From: an uncultured delta proteobacterium | Lineage (GTDB): Bacteria > Desulfobacterota > Binatia > UBA9968 | Assembly (NCBI GenBank): GCA_963804165.1 | Contig: CAWDPO010000019.1 | Span: 32,001 to 96,000, forward strand | Reading direction: 5' to 3' | DNA length: 64,000 bases | Part shown: positions 10,100 through 21,117 of the stretch, in pieces | Numbering within the stretch: the stretch's first letter is position 1 | How the letters are laid out: every line of letters begins with the position of its first letter | Notes under the pieces: generated by a model | What the model was told of the DNA's origin: nothing | Databases searched by the model: none | Seen by the model: the letters and a program-made list of their open reading frames with translations, nothing else | Translations under genes and position numbers: made by a program

Positions 10100-11476
10100 C
10101 TAAGCTTCGTCCGCTTCATCGAAACGAACATCATCCCGTTCCGTGTAGTTCTCGAAGCGCGTGTACTCGGCAAGAAACGCGAGGGTTATCGTTCCGGTGG
10201 GGCCGTTACGCTGTTTCTCGACGATGACTTCCGCTTTACCCTTCACATCGTCGTTGTTTTTGTCATAGAGCTCTTCTCGGTAAATGAACATGATCACATC
10301 CGCATCTTGCTCGATGGCTCCGGATTCACGAAGGTCCGACATCTGCGGCTTTCTCCCGGTCCGATCTTCGACCTTGCGATTGAGCTGCGACAACGCGATC
10401 ACGGGAACATTCAACTCTTTCGCCAGCGCTTTTAGGGATCGTGAGATTTCAGAGATTTCCTGCTCGCGGTTGTTCGCGTTGCCCATGCCGCGCATGAGCT
10501 GCAAATAATCGACGACGATCAAGCCGACTTTCTTGGATCTGTCGCGCAGTAGACGACGTGCCTTGGCGCGCAATTCCAAAACGGAAATTGCCGGCGTATC
10601 GTCGATATAAATCGGCGCCTCGTGGAGCCGTCCCGCCGCCTTGGCGAGCTGCGGAAAGTCGCGCTCGCCCAGATATCCGGACCGTACCTTCGAGCTGTTG
10701 ACCCGCGCTTCCGAACAGAGCATGCGCAAAACCAATTGCTCCTTGGCCATCTCCAGAGAAAAGATTGCTGCACCGACGCCGGAATAGGCGGCGTTTGCCG
10801 CAATATTGAGAGCGAATGCGGTTTTGCCCATACCGGGACGGCCGGCGACGATGATCAATTCCGCGGGCTGAAGTCCGGCCGTGATCTTATCGAGATCCTC
10901 GTAACCGGTGGGCACGCCGGTGACCATCTCCTTGCGCTGGTAGAGTTTGTCGATGGTCTTGAGCGTGTCCGTGATCATGTCGCCGACGGCGACAAAAGAG
11001 GCTTTGATTTTCTTCTCGGAAATATCGAAGATGACTTTTTCCGCGCTGTCGAGAAATTCTTCGACGCTGCCCTGCTCCTCGTAGCCCCGCGTCGCAATTT
11101 CGGTTGCGGTGCTGATCAGGCTGCGAAGAATGGCCTTTTCGCGCACGATGCGGGCGTAATACGAAATATTCGCGGCCGTCGGCACGAAATCAGCCAGCGC
11201 CGCCAGATAGGCGCTGCCGCCCACCGCTTCCAACTCGTTTTTGCTCTTTAAGAAATCGCTTAGAGTGATCAGGTCCACCGGCTCGTTCCGGTCCGTGATC
11301 TCGATCATGGCGCGAAAGATTTTGCGGTGCGACTCGCGGTAAAAATCTTCGGGGCGTAAAAGTTCCAAGACCGAATTGATCGCTTCGTTGTCGAGCAAGA
11401 TGCCGCCTAGGACCGAGGACTCGGCTTCCAGGTTTTGCGGCGGGACTTTGCGCAGGTTATCTTCTAACGCGGCCAT
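10100..11476 (-). CDS. dnaB: Replicative DNA helicase
   Basis: PPQNLEAE, GRPGMGKT, FSLEM, VDYLQL, LSQLNR, DLRESGAIEQDAD, KQRNGP. Confidence 0.98.
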   Translation of the reverse strand: MAALEDNLRKVPPQNLEAESSVLGGILLDNEAINSVLELLRPEDFYRESHRKIFRAMIEITDRNEPVDLITLSDFLKSKNELEAVGGSAYLAALADFVPTAANISYYARIVREKAILRSLISTATEIATRGYEEQGSVEEFLDSAEKVIFDISEKKIKASFVAVGDMITDTLKTIDKLYQRKEMVTGVPTGYEDLDKITAGLQPAELIIVAGRPGMGKTAFALNIAANAAYSGVGAAIFSLEMAKEQLVLRMLCSEARVNSSKVRSGYLGERDFPQLAKAAGRLHEAPIYIDDTPAISVLELRAKARRLLRDRSKKVGLIVVDYLQLMRGMGNANNREQEISEISRSLKALAKELNVPVIALSQLNRKVEDRTGRKPQMSDLRESGAIEQDADVIMFIYREELYDKNNDDVKGKAEVIVEKQRNGPTGTITLAFLAEYTRFENYTERDDVRFDEADEA

Positions 11477-11701
11477 GGCTTCGATGCTAGTTTTTCAATT
11501 ACGAGATCGACGATACGGGGATGACTAGTTCAGACATGCTGTGAGTGACGGAAATGTAACTGAACGAAATTAAAATGCAAGATAATTTTCTACCAAAAGC
11601 AAAAAAACTTTTTGCGAGACGCCAAGAAAAAGTTTTTTTCGGCAAAGGTCGGTCAGGAATATCGCCGTAAGCGCTGGCGCGTCAACACGGGAAGCAACAG
11701 C

Positions 11702-11721
11702 TTTTGCACAGCTTATTCACA
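11702..11721. promoter_or_regulatory. Two tandem DnaA-box-like 9-mers upstream of dnaB
   Basis: TTTTGCACA (11702-11710) and TTATTCACA (11713-11721) both match TTWTNCACA. Confidence 0.5.
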
Positions 11722-11786
11722 TGCCGTCTGAAATTCCGCAGATCATAAAACTGTGGCGAAACCCACCGTCCTTCACGTGATAAAAA

Positions 11787-12143
11787 TCAGGACTCCGTGT
11801 AGGTCGCCGTCACTGTGGTATGGATCCCTCCGCGCACGTTGAAGTCGCCGACCACGGTCATCTTGCGCGGCTGGCAGGCTTGAACGAGATCGTCGAGAAT
11901 CTTGTTCACCACGGCTTCGTGAAAAGCGCCTTCGTTACGATAGGACCAGAGATAAAGCTTCAGGGCCTTGAGCTCCACGCAGAGTTTGTCGGGGATGTAG
12001 GTCACTCGGATCGTGGCAAAATCCGGCTGTCCCGTGCGCGGACAGACGCAAGTGAATTCCGGGCATTCCATGTTGATCTCGTAATCGCGCTCGGGCCTCG
12101 GATTGGCGAAGGTTTCCAGCGCGGTGCTTGGAGTCGACGGCAT
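11787..12143 (-). CDS. queF: NADPH-dependent preQ0 reductase (type I)
   Basis: [32 protein letters not shown]. Confidence 0.95.
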   Translation of the reverse strand: MPSTPSTALETFANPRPERDYEINMECPEFTCVCPRTGQPDFATIRVTYIPDKLCVELKALKLYLWSYRNEGAFHEAVVNKILDDLVQACQPRKMTVVGDFNVRGGIHTTVTATYTES

Positions 12144-12245
12144 GCATCTATCTTAGCTTGCGGCAAAACCATTTCCAAATCGCCGAGTTAACTTGACTTG
12201 GCCGGAGGCCGATGATAACCGCTAAAAGCAGGATATTTTTGGAGG

Positions 12246-13049
12246 ATGATTACGGTGAGCAAGCCCAAGGAGCCGCAGGCGGGAGAAAAGCTCAGCGAAG
12301 CCGAAGCCAAAGCCTACGTCGATTATCTCTACTCAACGCTTTACAAATACGCCCATGAAAAAATCTTCAAGGGCGCTTTCATGACCCAATTGCGTGAAGG
12401 CAAATTGCCGCTGCCGGTGATGCGTCAGTTTTTCAAAAACTGGGGCCATTTTTCTTTGGAAGTGAACGCGCTCAATGCGGTGTCCTATTACACGCATCTG
12501 CCTTTCTTCGTGCGCAATTTCGATTTACTCGGTCCCTTCTGTGCGAAAATCGCCGATGAATTGATTTCCCCCAGAGCGCCGGGGCATGTTTTGGTGCTGC
12601 TCCAGACGGCGGAAAAAATGGGCCTCAACAAAAAAGAAGTGTTGGAAGATCCGTATCTCCCTGCCGCCCGCGCGATCAACGATTTCTGTCACAAGATTTT
12701 CATCGACGGGTCGATTATCGAGCTCTGGGGATTGCATGTTTTCGAAGAGTCCCTCTCCATGTGGTCGGGTCAATGGTTCACCGCGCTCACGACGTATTAC
12801 GGTTTCACCAAGCAGGACGCCGTTTATTTCTCCACTCACGAAGAAGCCGACATGGACACGCACAAGCTCGGCGAGGACGGCGAGGAGGCGATGGGGCACG
12901 GCGCATTTAACCGCACGGTGCTGACCCGCGCGCTTCAGGAAAGCGTAGAGTTCCGCACGGGTTATTCGATGGAGTATTGCGCGCTGACGATGGTCGACCT
13001 GCACGCCCAGATGAAACAAGCAGCCCTGGACAACCCTTACAATCCCTGA
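12246..13049 (+). CDS. Heme-oxygenase-like (TenA/PqqC/CADD) iron-containing redox enzyme
   Basis: Candidate metal ligands DE...GH, FEE, HEEAD...GH; G-L---MRQF N-terminal motif. Confidence 0.65.
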   Translation: MITVSKPKEPQAGEKLSEAEAKAYVDYLYSTLYKYAHEKIFKGAFMTQLREGKLPLPVMRQFFKNWGHFSLEVNALNAVSYYTHLPFFVRNFDLLGPFCAKIADELISPRAPGHVLVLLQTAEKMGLNKKEVLEDPYLPAARAINDFCHKIFIDGSIIELWGLHVFEESLSMWSGQWFTALTTYYGFTKQDAVYFSTHEEADMDTHKLGEDGEEAMGHGAFNRTVLTRALQESVEFRTGYSMEYCALTMVDLHAQMKQAALDNPYNP

Positions 13050-13289
13050 AATCGAACTGATCCACGCCGTGCTCATGAGCCGATCCGTTCGGCGCCGGGT
13101 GATGCAGCTCGACAACTTTGGATGGCGCGGTCGAACAGTATCCCTTCACATCTATTCACTTTAGACGATGGCTTGCAGACTGCTTTCAGGTAGGGCACGA
13201 TTGCCATCGATCCGCAATCAATCACGGTCGCGGCCTTAATAAATCAGGCAACGATAAAAATGAACCGGCACCGATGCCTGGAACACTAG

Positions 13290-15005
13290 ATGAGTGATAG
13301 CGAACTCGATCCCCTGCGCTCGATCCTCGCCGAGTTGGCGCCGCAAGGCCGCGCTGCGCTTTTGCCAGCCTTGCACGCCGCACAGCAATTTCACGGCTGG
13401 ATTCCCGAAGCCGTTGCGACTGAGGTGGGCCGCGCCTTGGGCGTACCCCTCGCTGATGTGTACGGCGTCATCGATTTCTACGAGATGCTCTCCCGCGAGC
13501 CGCTCGGCCGAACCGTGGCGCGTGTGTGCGACTCGCCCGCCTGCGCCCTGGCGGGTAGCGATGAATTGGCGAACGCCCTCTGCCGCCATCTGAAAGTTGC
13601 GCCGGGCGAAGTCAGCTCGGACGGTGCGTTCACCGTCGAGCATGCTCCCTGTTTGGGTTTGTGCGATCATGCGCCGGCGCTTCTTGTCGGCGAAACCGCT
13701 CTGGGACAAGGCGATCCCCGCCAAGCAGCGGAGATCTGCGCGCGTAGCGCCGATAAACCGATCAGCTTCGTCGGCGGCGATATCCGCATCCTTACCGGCA
13801 ACTGCGGTCAAGGTCATCCCACCTCTTTTGCCGATTACAGCAGCGGCGGCGGTTACGCCGGACTGAAAAAAGGCGTGACGATGACGTCGCAAGATGTGGT
13901 CGCGGAGCTGAAAACTGCGGGGTTGGTCGGCCGCGGCGGCGCGGCATTTCCCACCGGCATCAAGTGGGAGGGAGCGGCAAAGGCGGCGGGCCAGCCCAAG
14001 TACATCGTGTGCAACGCCGACGAATCCGAGCCCGGGACCTTCAAAGATCGCATTCTCATGGAGGAAGACCCACACCGCACCATCGAAGGGATGATCATCG
14101 CGGCCCATGCCGTGGGCGCCAGTCAGGGTTACATTTACGTGCGCGGAGAATATCCTTACGCCTTCAAAGTCATGAGCGAAGCGGTGGCCGAGGCGCGGCA
14201 GGCCGGCGCCATTGGCAAAAATATTTTGGGTTCCGGATTGGACTTCGATATTGAAATGCGGCTGGGCGCAGGCGCGTATATTTGCGGCGAAGAAACTGCG
14301 CTGTTGGAATCCATCGAAGGCAAGCGCGGTTTCCCGCGCATCAAGCCTCCCTTCCCCACCACTCACGGATTATTCGGCAAGCCCACCGTGATCAACAACG
14401 TGGAAACATTCTGCAACGTCCCGCTGATCATCGAACGCGGCGCCGCAGAGTATCGAAAAATCGGCACGGAACGCTCGCCCGGTCCGAAGCTGTTCTGCGT
14501 GTCAGGCCAGATCCAGAGGCCCGGGCTCTACGAGGTGCCGTTTGGCGTCAGCTTGCGCCATTTGTTGTTCGATCTCGCAGGCGGACTGAAACAGGGGCGC
14601 AAGTTTCAAGCGGTGCTCATGGGTGGCGCCGCGGGCGCATTCGCCGCCGAGAAAGACCTGGATATAATTCTGTCCTTTGAAAACCTGAGCGCCGCCGGCT
14701 TGCCACTCGGATCCGGATCAGTCATGGTCTTCGACGATAGCGCGGACATGCGCGACGTGCTGAAGCGGCTGACGCACTTCTTTGCCGACGAAAGCTGCGG
14801 CAAATGCTATCCCTGCCAGCTTGGCGCGCGCCGGCAGTATGAAATTCTCGACCGGGCCGCAGCCGGGCATTCGCTCGCCGGCGACCGCGAACGCTTATCG
14901 GATGTGGGCGGCACGATGATCGACGCCTCCCTGTGCGGCCTCGGCCAGACGGCGGCGACGGCGGTCCTGAGCGCGATCAAGCTATGGCCGGAGATGTTCA
15001 AATGA
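13290..15005 (+). CDS. NuoE-NuoF fusion (NAD(H)/FMN module of formate dehydrogenase)
   Basis: NuoE C-x4-C..C-x3-C; [42 protein letters not shown]. Confidence 0.92.
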   Translation: MSDSELDPLRSILAELAPQGRAALLPALHAAQQFHGWIPEAVATEVGRALGVPLADVYGVIDFYEMLSREPLGRTVARVCDSPACALAGSDELANALCRHLKVAPGEVSSDGAFTVEHAPCLGLCDHAPALLVGETALGQGDPRQAAEICARSADKPISFVGGDIRILTGNCGQGHPTSFADYSSGGGYAGLKKGVTMTSQDVVAELKTAGLVGRGGAAFPTGIKWEGAAKAAGQPKYIVCNADESEPGTFKDRILMEEDPHRTIEGMIIAAHAVGASQGYIYVRGEYPYAFKVMSEAVAEARQAGAIGKNILGSGLDFDIEMRLGAGAYICGEETALLESIEGKRGFPRIKPPFPTTHGLFGKPTVINNVETFCNVPLIIERGAAEYRKIGTERSPGPKLFCVSGQIQRPGLYEVPFGVSLRHLLFDLAGGLKQGRKFQAVLMGGAAGAFAAEKDLDIILSFENLSAAGLPLGSGSVMVFDDSADMRDVLKRLTHFFADESCGKCYPCQLGARRQYEILDRAAAGHSLAGDRERLSDVGGTMIDASLCGLGQTAATAVLSAIKLWPEMFK

Positions 15006-15020
15006 TACGAGTCGCACAAA

Positions 15021-15100
15021 TTGGAGTGATGGGGTACTGGAGTAATGGAGTGATGCATCCGGACCCAACACTCCATTACTCCACCACTCCAATACTCCAA
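15021..15100. repeat. Inverted arrays of 8-nt GGAGTRAT/ATYACTCC units
   Basis: ttggagtgatggggtactggagtaatggagtgat ... cactccattactccaccactccaatactccaa; short related array at ~31481-31508. Confidence 0.8.
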
Positions 15101-15112
15101 GGGTGATTTTTC

Positions 15113-15817
15113 ATGCCTGATGTAACACTCACCATCGATGCCGAAGCCGTCACCGTGCCCGCGGGGACGACGATCCTCAAGGCCGCGGAGCACCTCGGCC
15201 GGCATGTTCCGACCATTTGCTATCATGACCACTGCACGGCGAACGGGCTCTGCCGCATCTGCGTGGTCGAAGTCGACGGCGTAAAGCCGCTTCTGCCAGC
15301 GTGCTTGAGCCCGGTGAGCGAAGGCATGAAAGTCTCCACCTCGAGCGCGCGCGCCGAGCGCAGCCGCCGCACGATTCTCGAAATGCTCGCTTCCGCCGTA
15401 GATCTTTCTCAGGCGCCGGAAATTAATAAGTTCATCGAAGATTATCGCGCCGACCGCGCGCGCTTTCCCGACGCCGAGCGGCGCGAGGTTCCGGTGCTCG
15501 ATGATAATCCGATGTACATCCGCGACTATTCCAAGTGCATCTTGTGCTGGCGCTGCGTGCAGGTGTGCGCGGACGACGCGCAGTTTACCTTCGCGATCAA
15601 CTTCAAAGGGCGTGGTTTCGACACTGGTATCGGGACTTTCTTCGACAAGCCCATGCCTGAGACGACGTGCGTATTCTGCGGCCAATGCGTCGGCGTCTGT
15701 CCCACCGGCGCGCTGAAGCCCAAGCGCGAGTCGCTGCTCGAGCAGGGAGTTTCCTTGGACGAAATCTTGCAGGCGACTCGCAGCGGCGGGAAGAAGCGTC
15801 GGAGGAAATCGCCATGA
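15113..15817 (+). CDS. 2Fe-2S / 2x4Fe-4S subunit (NuoG N-terminal/HoxU-like)
   Basis: PTICY..CRICVVE..PAC; [11 protein letters not shown]; [12 protein letters not shown]. Confidence 0.9.
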   Translation: MPDVTLTIDAEAVTVPAGTTILKAAEHLGRHVPTICYHDHCTANGLCRICVVEVDGVKPLLPACLSPVSEGMKVSTSSARAERSRRTILEMLASAVDLSQAPEINKFIEDYRADRARFPDAERREVPVLDDNPMYIRDYSKCILCWRCVQVCADDAQFTFAINFKGRGFDTGIGTFFDKPMPETTCVFCGQCVGVCPTGALKPKRESLLEQGVSLDEILQATRSGGKKRRRKSP

Positions 15818-17976
15818 TCAGCGCCGATCGCATCGTACCGACCACCTGCCCGTACTGCGGTGTGGGTTGCGGCCTTGAGCTGCACATTAAAGACGACTAC
15901 GTCTTCAAAGTGACCTCGTCCTTTGACTCAGTGGTGAACCACGGCAACCTGTGCGTCAAGGGACGCTTTGGCTACGACTTCATTTACAACAAGGACCGGG
16001 TGACGACGCCGCTGATTCGTAAGAAACCTCAGGCACCCGGCGCGCGCACCCAGGCATTCGAACGCGATCAATGGCGCGAGGTCTCGTGGGACGAAGCCCT
16101 CGAATATGCCACCGATCGAATGGTGGAGATTTACCAGCGCGATGGCGCCGACGCCATGGCGGTTTACTGCTGCGCCAAGGCGACCAACGAGGATAACTAC
16201 CTCCTGCAAAAACTTTTCCGCGCGCTGTTCCGCAGCAATAACATCGATCACTGCACGCGCCTGTGCCATGCGGGCTCGGTGGTCGCGCTGCAGATGGCGC
16301 TCGGCTCCTCAGCGATGAGCAACACCGCCGCCGAAGTCATTCACAGCGACGTCTTTCTCGTAACCGGCTCCAACACAGCCGAAACGCATCCGATCATCGC
16401 GCTGCAAATGAAGGCAGCGGTTGCCAATCACGGCGCCAAGCTCATCGTCGTGGATCCCCGGCGAGTGGAGATGGTCAACTGGTCCGCGCTCTGGCTCCCT
16501 GAGAAACCGGGCACCGATGTTCCGCTCTTTTCCGCCATGGCGCATGTCATCATTAAGGAGAAGCTTTATAACCAGGATTTCATCGATCGCCGAACCGAAG
16601 GTTTCGCAGGCTTCGCAAAATCCACGGAGAAATTCACGCCCGAATATGCCGAAGCGATTTCCGGCGTCGACCGCAACCTGATCGTCCAGGCGGCGCGGAT
16701 GTATGCGACGGCGAAAAACGCAGCGATTTATTGGGCGCTGGGCATTCCCGAACACTCGCACGGCACCGACAACGCGATGTCGCTCATCCATCTGGCGCTG
16801 CTCACCGGCCATATCGGCCGCAAAGGCACGGGTTTGAATCCATTGCGCGGGCAGAACAACGTCCAAGGCGCATCGGATTCGGGCGCCATGCCATGGCACT
16901 ATCCGGGTTATCAAAGAGTCGACGACGAAGCGGCAGCGCGCAAATTCGAGCAGGCGTGGAATATCGAGCCAGGCGGCCTTAATCGTAGACTGGGGCTGAC
17001 GACGACCGAAATCATGAGTGAGGTCCGGCCGGGTGGAGTGCGCGCGCTGCACATCATGGGCGAGAATCCCATGATGTCCGAGCCCAACCTGAATCACACG
17101 CGCCACATGATGGAACAGCTGGAGTTCCTGGTGGCGCAGGACTTGTTTATCAATGAGTCCGGCGCCTATGCCGACGTCTTTTTGCCCGCGACTTCCTGGG
17201 CGGAGAAAGAAGGCACATTCACCAACACCGACCGCCGCGTCCAGCGCGTGCGCAAAGCGTTGGACCCGCGCGGCCAATCCCGACCTGACTTGGAGATCAT
17301 TTGTGATCTTGCCGGGCGCATCGAAAAGAAGCTCGGCCGCCCGCGGACAGCTTTCTGGGCGTACGCGAGCCCCGCCGAAGTGCTCGAAGAAATGGGTCGC
17401 GTCGTGCCTGAATACGCTGGAGTGAAATATCGGCGCATCGAAAAAGAAGGCTTACAGACGCCGGTGTGGGATGACAATCATCCCGGCACTCCTTATCTCT
17501 TCACCGAGACTTTTCCCAGCGGCAAGGGCAAGTTCCACCCTCTTGAGTACATACCTTCCGTGGAGATGCCCGACGAGGAATATCCGTTCATCCTCACCAC
17601 CGGACGCCTGCTCGAACACTGGCACGGCGGCACGATGACGCGCCATTCAAAGCTCGACGAGCTCTATCCGGAGGCGCGCATCGAAATCAATCCTGCCGAC
17701 GCGGCCCGCCTCAAGATCGAAGACGGCGACACTGTGCGCGCCTCGTCGCGCCGCGGCACCGTCGTCCTGCGCGCCTGGGTGACCCAGCGCACCACGGTCG
17801 GCGTGGTTTTCATCCCCATGCATTTTGTCGAAGCCGCCGCGAACCTGCTCACGATCGATGCCCTAGACCCACTCGCCAAGATCCCCGAATACAAAGCCTG
17901 CGCCGTGAGCATCGTACCCGCGGCTGAAAAAGAGCTGGCGCGACCCGAGGCAAAAGTGGAAAGGGGCCGGTACTGA
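15814..17976 (+). CDS. fdhF: Formate dehydrogenase alpha subunit (Mo/W-bis-MGD, Cys ligand)
   Basis: [49 protein letters not shown]; start placed at ATGA overlap 15814. Confidence 0.92.
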   Translation: MISADRIVPTTCPYCGVGCGLELHIKDDYVFKVTSSFDSVVNHGNLCVKGRFGYDFIYNKDRVTTPLIRKKPQAPGARTQAFERDQWREVSWDEALEYATDRMVEIYQRDGADAMAVYCCAKATNEDNYLLQKLFRALFRSNNIDHCTRLCHAGSVVALQMALGSSAMSNTAAEVIHSDVFLVTGSNTAETHPIIALQMKAAVANHGAKLIVVDPRRVEMVNWSALWLPEKPGTDVPLFSAMAHVIIKEKLYNQDFIDRRTEGFAGFAKSTEKFTPEYAEAISGVDRNLIVQAARMYATAKNAAIYWALGIPEHSHGTDNAMSLIHLALLTGHIGRKGTGLNPLRGQNNVQGASDSGAMPWHYPGYQRVDDEAAARKFEQAWNIEPGGLNRRLGLTTTEIMSEVRPGGVRALHIMGENPMMSEPNLNHTRHMMEQLEFLVAQDLFINESGAYADVFLPATSWAEKEGTFTNTDRRVQRVRKALDPRGQSRPDLEIICDLAGRIEKKLGRPRTAFWAYASPAEVLEEMGRVVPEYAGVKYRRIEKEGLQTPVWDDNHPGTPYLFTETFPSGKGKFHPLEYIPSVEMPDEEYPFILTTGRLLEHWHGGTMTRHSKLDELYPEARIEINPADAARLKIEDGDTVRASSRRGTVVLRAWVTQRTTVGVVFIPMHFVEAAANLLTIDALDPLAKIPEYKACAVSIVPAAEKELARPEAKVERGRY

Positions 17977-18085
17977 GTCAGCACGCATCCAATTCCTTCT
18001 CCACTGCTCGCGGTTAAATTCTAAATTTCTGCACGGCCGATTCATGAATCGCCCCTGCTTCACCTGCCATGCTAATAATTTCGCC

Positions 18086-18239
18086 ACCCCCGAATGTTTT
18101 TATCGGGGGTCCAGCTCCGGATTCGCCTGTGGTGAGCTCAGTCGAACCACCGCTTAAAGCATGCGGGAATGACGGACGTTAAGTGCTCTGAATAGTTTTC
18201 TACGCACCAAGCTGGGGGAATAAACCCGCAGTGATTCAA
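18086..18239. repeat. Composite REP-like palindromic element
   Basis: CCCCCGAA-TGTTTTTA-TCGGGGG hairpin followed by GCATGCGGGAATGAC motif in intergenic space. Confidence 0.5.
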
Positions 18240-18314
18240 GGAGCAAACGTCTCGGCGCCTTGACTATGCCGTTCCCGCGACCCTAGTATTTCACCAAGGG
18301 TCCCGCACGGGATT

Positions 18315-19226
18315 ATGGACAATCATCAGAGGATTACCGATGCGACTGCTGTTGTCTTGACGGGTGGCAAGAGTTCGCGCATGGGCCGGCCCAAGGCGCT
18401 GCTGCCCTTCGATGACGAGCCGCTCATCGCGCATGTCGTTCGGAGGCTCGGGCGCATCTTCGCGGAAACCGTCGTGGTGGCCGCACCTGATCAAGAGCTG
18501 CCGCCTCTTCCGGTCGCGCTGGTGCGCGACGAGGTAGCCTATCAAGGTCCGGTGAGCGGCATTTACCATGGCCTGAGAGCCGCCACCAAGGAAGTTTGTT
18601 TCGTGACCTCCTGCGATGCGCCCTTTCTCAATCTCATGCTAATTTCGCATCTCCTGTCGCAGATCGCGGACTGGGACGTGGTCGTGCCGTTCTGGCAGGA
18701 GCGCTTTCAACCTTTGCATGCTGTTTACCGGCGCAGCGTCGCGCCGCTCTTGCGCGAGCAGCTCGAGCGCAGCGAGCTGCGGCCGATTTCGCTCTACCCA
18801 AAAGTTCGCACCCGGGAAATCCATGAGGTCGAAGTGCGCCGGTTCGATCCCGAGGGCCTGAGCTTTCTCAACATGAATACGCCCGAAGACTACCAGGCCG
18901 CCGTCGACCGCTGGCACAGCATGAACAAAAACGGTTTAGAAACCGCCGATGCGATCTCCGTGTCCGTTGAGCTGTTCGGTGTGGCTCGTTTGATCGCAAA
19001 GACCAGATCAGTATCCTTATCGCTGCCGCAAGATGCGACTCTCGCGAACGTTTTTTCGGCGCTCACTGAGCGGCTGCCGGTTTTGCTCGGCAGGATCATC
19101 AGCTCCGACGGTCTGGTTAGCGGCTATACCTGCAACATCAATGGTTTGAACTTTATTCGTGCTCCCGGCGCCAAGGTCAATTCGGGAGATAAAATTTTTA
19201 TTCTTTCTGCTGACGCGGGAGGCTGA
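18315..19226 (+). CDS. mobA: Molybdenum cofactor guanylyltransferase fused to C-terminal MoaD/ThiS domain
   Basis: LTGGKSSRMGRPKA, GPVSG, CDAPF, QPLHAVY, NMNTPED; ubiquitin-like tail VELFG...ADAGG ending in GG. Confidence 0.88.
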   Translation: MDNHQRITDATAVVLTGGKSSRMGRPKALLPFDDEPLIAHVVRRLGRIFAETVVVAAPDQELPPLPVALVRDEVAYQGPVSGIYHGLRAATKEVCFVTSCDAPFLNLMLISHLLSQIADWDVVVPFWQERFQPLHAVYRRSVAPLLREQLERSELRPISLYPKVRTREIHEVEVRRFDPEGLSFLNMNTPEDYQAAVDRWHSMNKNGLETADAISVSVELFGVARLIAKTRSVSLSLPQDATLANVFSALTERLPVLLGRIISSDGLVSGYTCNINGLNFIRAPGAKVNSGDKIFILSADAGG

Positions 19227-19230
19227 GCCA

Positions 19231-21061
19231 ATGTACGGTTTTCACGGCCGCATGCTCCACGTCGACTTGAGCACCGGGCAAAGTCTCTGGCATGAGATCG
19301 ATGAATCACGCCTGCGCGCATTCCTCGGCGGCATCGGGCTGGGCACAAGCCTGCTCTACGACTATGCGCCGCCGGGAGTCGATCCCTTTTCTCCCGCCAA
19401 TCCTTTGATCTTTGCCAGCGCGCCATTAGTCGGTACGGGCCTTACCACGACCGCAAAGTTTGCCGTTGTGACGAAATCTCCTCTCACCGGATTTATCGCC
19501 GATTCACTCTCTTCAAGTTACTTTGCGCTCGAGCTCAAACGGATCGGCCTCGATGCGTTTGATTATCACCGGCCGGGCCGCCGCTATGGCGTATATCTTC
19601 ATCCGAGATCAAACCGTCGAGATTCGCGCGGCCGAACATCTGCGCGGCAAGAGTCCCCTTGATACTGAATCTGCAATCCGCTCTGAGCTCAACTCGCCCA
19701 TGGCGCGCGTTGCCGCCATCGGCAAAGCCGGCGAAAACAAGGTGCGCTTCGCCACCATCAGTAACGAAGGGCGCCACGCCGGACGCGGCGGAGTCGGCGC
19801 GGTTATGGGATCGAAGAATCTCAAGGCCATCGCCCTATGCGGCGATCATGCGATCGCTGTCGCCGATCCGGCCGGCGTCGACAAGATCGCCGGCGCGCTG
19901 CGTGAGCGCAGTCTAAGTTCACTCACCGACAAGTATCGAAAGATCGGCACGGTGGCCAATCTGGCGGTCTTTAACCGCCTCGGCACTTTGCCCACGCGCA
20001 ATTTTCAGCAATCAACTTTTGACGACGCCGACGCCTTGAGCGGAGAGTCTCTGACGGAAAATAACTTCAGCCGCAGGCATGGCTGCGCCGCCTGCACGAT
20101 CCGCTGCGAGCGCCTATTCAAAGCTCTCAACGGTGAGGAACAGCGTCTGGAATATGAAACCCTTTTTGCCTTGGGACCGCTCTGCGGCATCGACAATCCT
20201 GCTGTGGTGCTTCAGGCCGCCCAGCTCTGTGACCTGTACGGAATTGACACAATCAGTGCCGGCGGCACCCTAGCCTGGGCGATGGAGTGCAGCGAGAGGG
20301 GATTGTTGCCTGGAGCAGAGGAGCTTGGCTTGAAGTTCGGCCAAGCAGACGCACTTCTCGCCGCTATTCCAGCCATCGGAGAGGGACGGGGCCTGGGCGC
20401 GCTGTTGGCTCAAGGCTCGCGTCGCGCCGCGATCGAGATCGGCGGAGAGAGCATGCATTGGGCGATGCACGTCAAAGGCTTGGAGCTCCCCGGCTATGAA
20501 CCGCGTAGCTTAAAGACCATGGCGCTGGGCTTGGCGGTCAGCCCGCGCGGCGCCTGCCACAATCGTTCCGGCGCTTACGAAGCCGACTTCTCGGGTGAAG
20601 TCGACCGCTTGCACGCCGACTCTGGCCGAGGTGTCTTGGTCGCCGCCTCAGAGGATTTCGCCGCGGTACTCGACTCGCTGATCGTCTGTAAGTTCCTGCG
20701 CAAATGCTTCACTGACTTTTACTGCGAGGGCGCAGACCTGCTGAGCAAGGTTACCGGGTGGGATTATTCAAGCGCTGAGCTGAAGCGCACCGGCGAGCGC
20801 ATTCACAACCTAAAAAAACTTTTCAACATGCGCGAGGGCTGGCAGATCGAGCATGATTGGCTGCCGCCGCGACTGTTAACCGAAACGCTTCCCACCGGCG
20901 TGGCTCAGGGCATCGGCCTGGCGGCCGAAGAACTGCGAGAAATGATTCAGAGCTATTACCACGCAAGAGGATGGGATGAATTCGGATTGATTACCGAGGA
21001 CAAGTTGCGGCAGCTGGGCCTTTCCGGAGTGTCGGGTTCGGAGTTCCAAGTTCCGAATTGA
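19231..21061 (+). CDS. Aldehyde:ferredoxin oxidoreductase family protein (W-pterin), one frameshift near 19560
   Basis: MYGFHGRMLHVDLS, KSPLTG, AGRGGVGAVMGSKNLKA, C-x2-C-x3-C, EYET, D-YGIDTIS, RGACH, RGWD; split over ORFs 19159..19662 and 19523..21061. Confidence 0.88.
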
Positions 21062-21117
21062 TCCGGAAACCGCAACTTCGTGGACGCAGGAGGAGCCGGA
21101 GGCAACTTAGCGAGTTA

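Noticed and set aside
13050-13150. Possible gene remnant downstream of the HO-like gene
   Set aside because: Coding-like composition but no frame gave a recognisable motif
13236-14366. 376-aa - strand ORF
   Set aside because: Antisense shadow of the NuoEF fusion
15667-15813. N-terminal extension of the FDH alpha ORF
   Set aside because: Overlaps the upstream FeS gene; the ATG at 15814 with GGAGG RBS and ATGA coupling is the better start
16250-16270. Selenocysteine recoding in FDH
   Set aside because: The active-site codon is Cys (RLCH); there is no in-frame TGA
19550-19570. Programmed ribosomal frameshift in AOR and other split genes
   Set aside because: No canonical slippery heptamer; indels are spread over unrelated families
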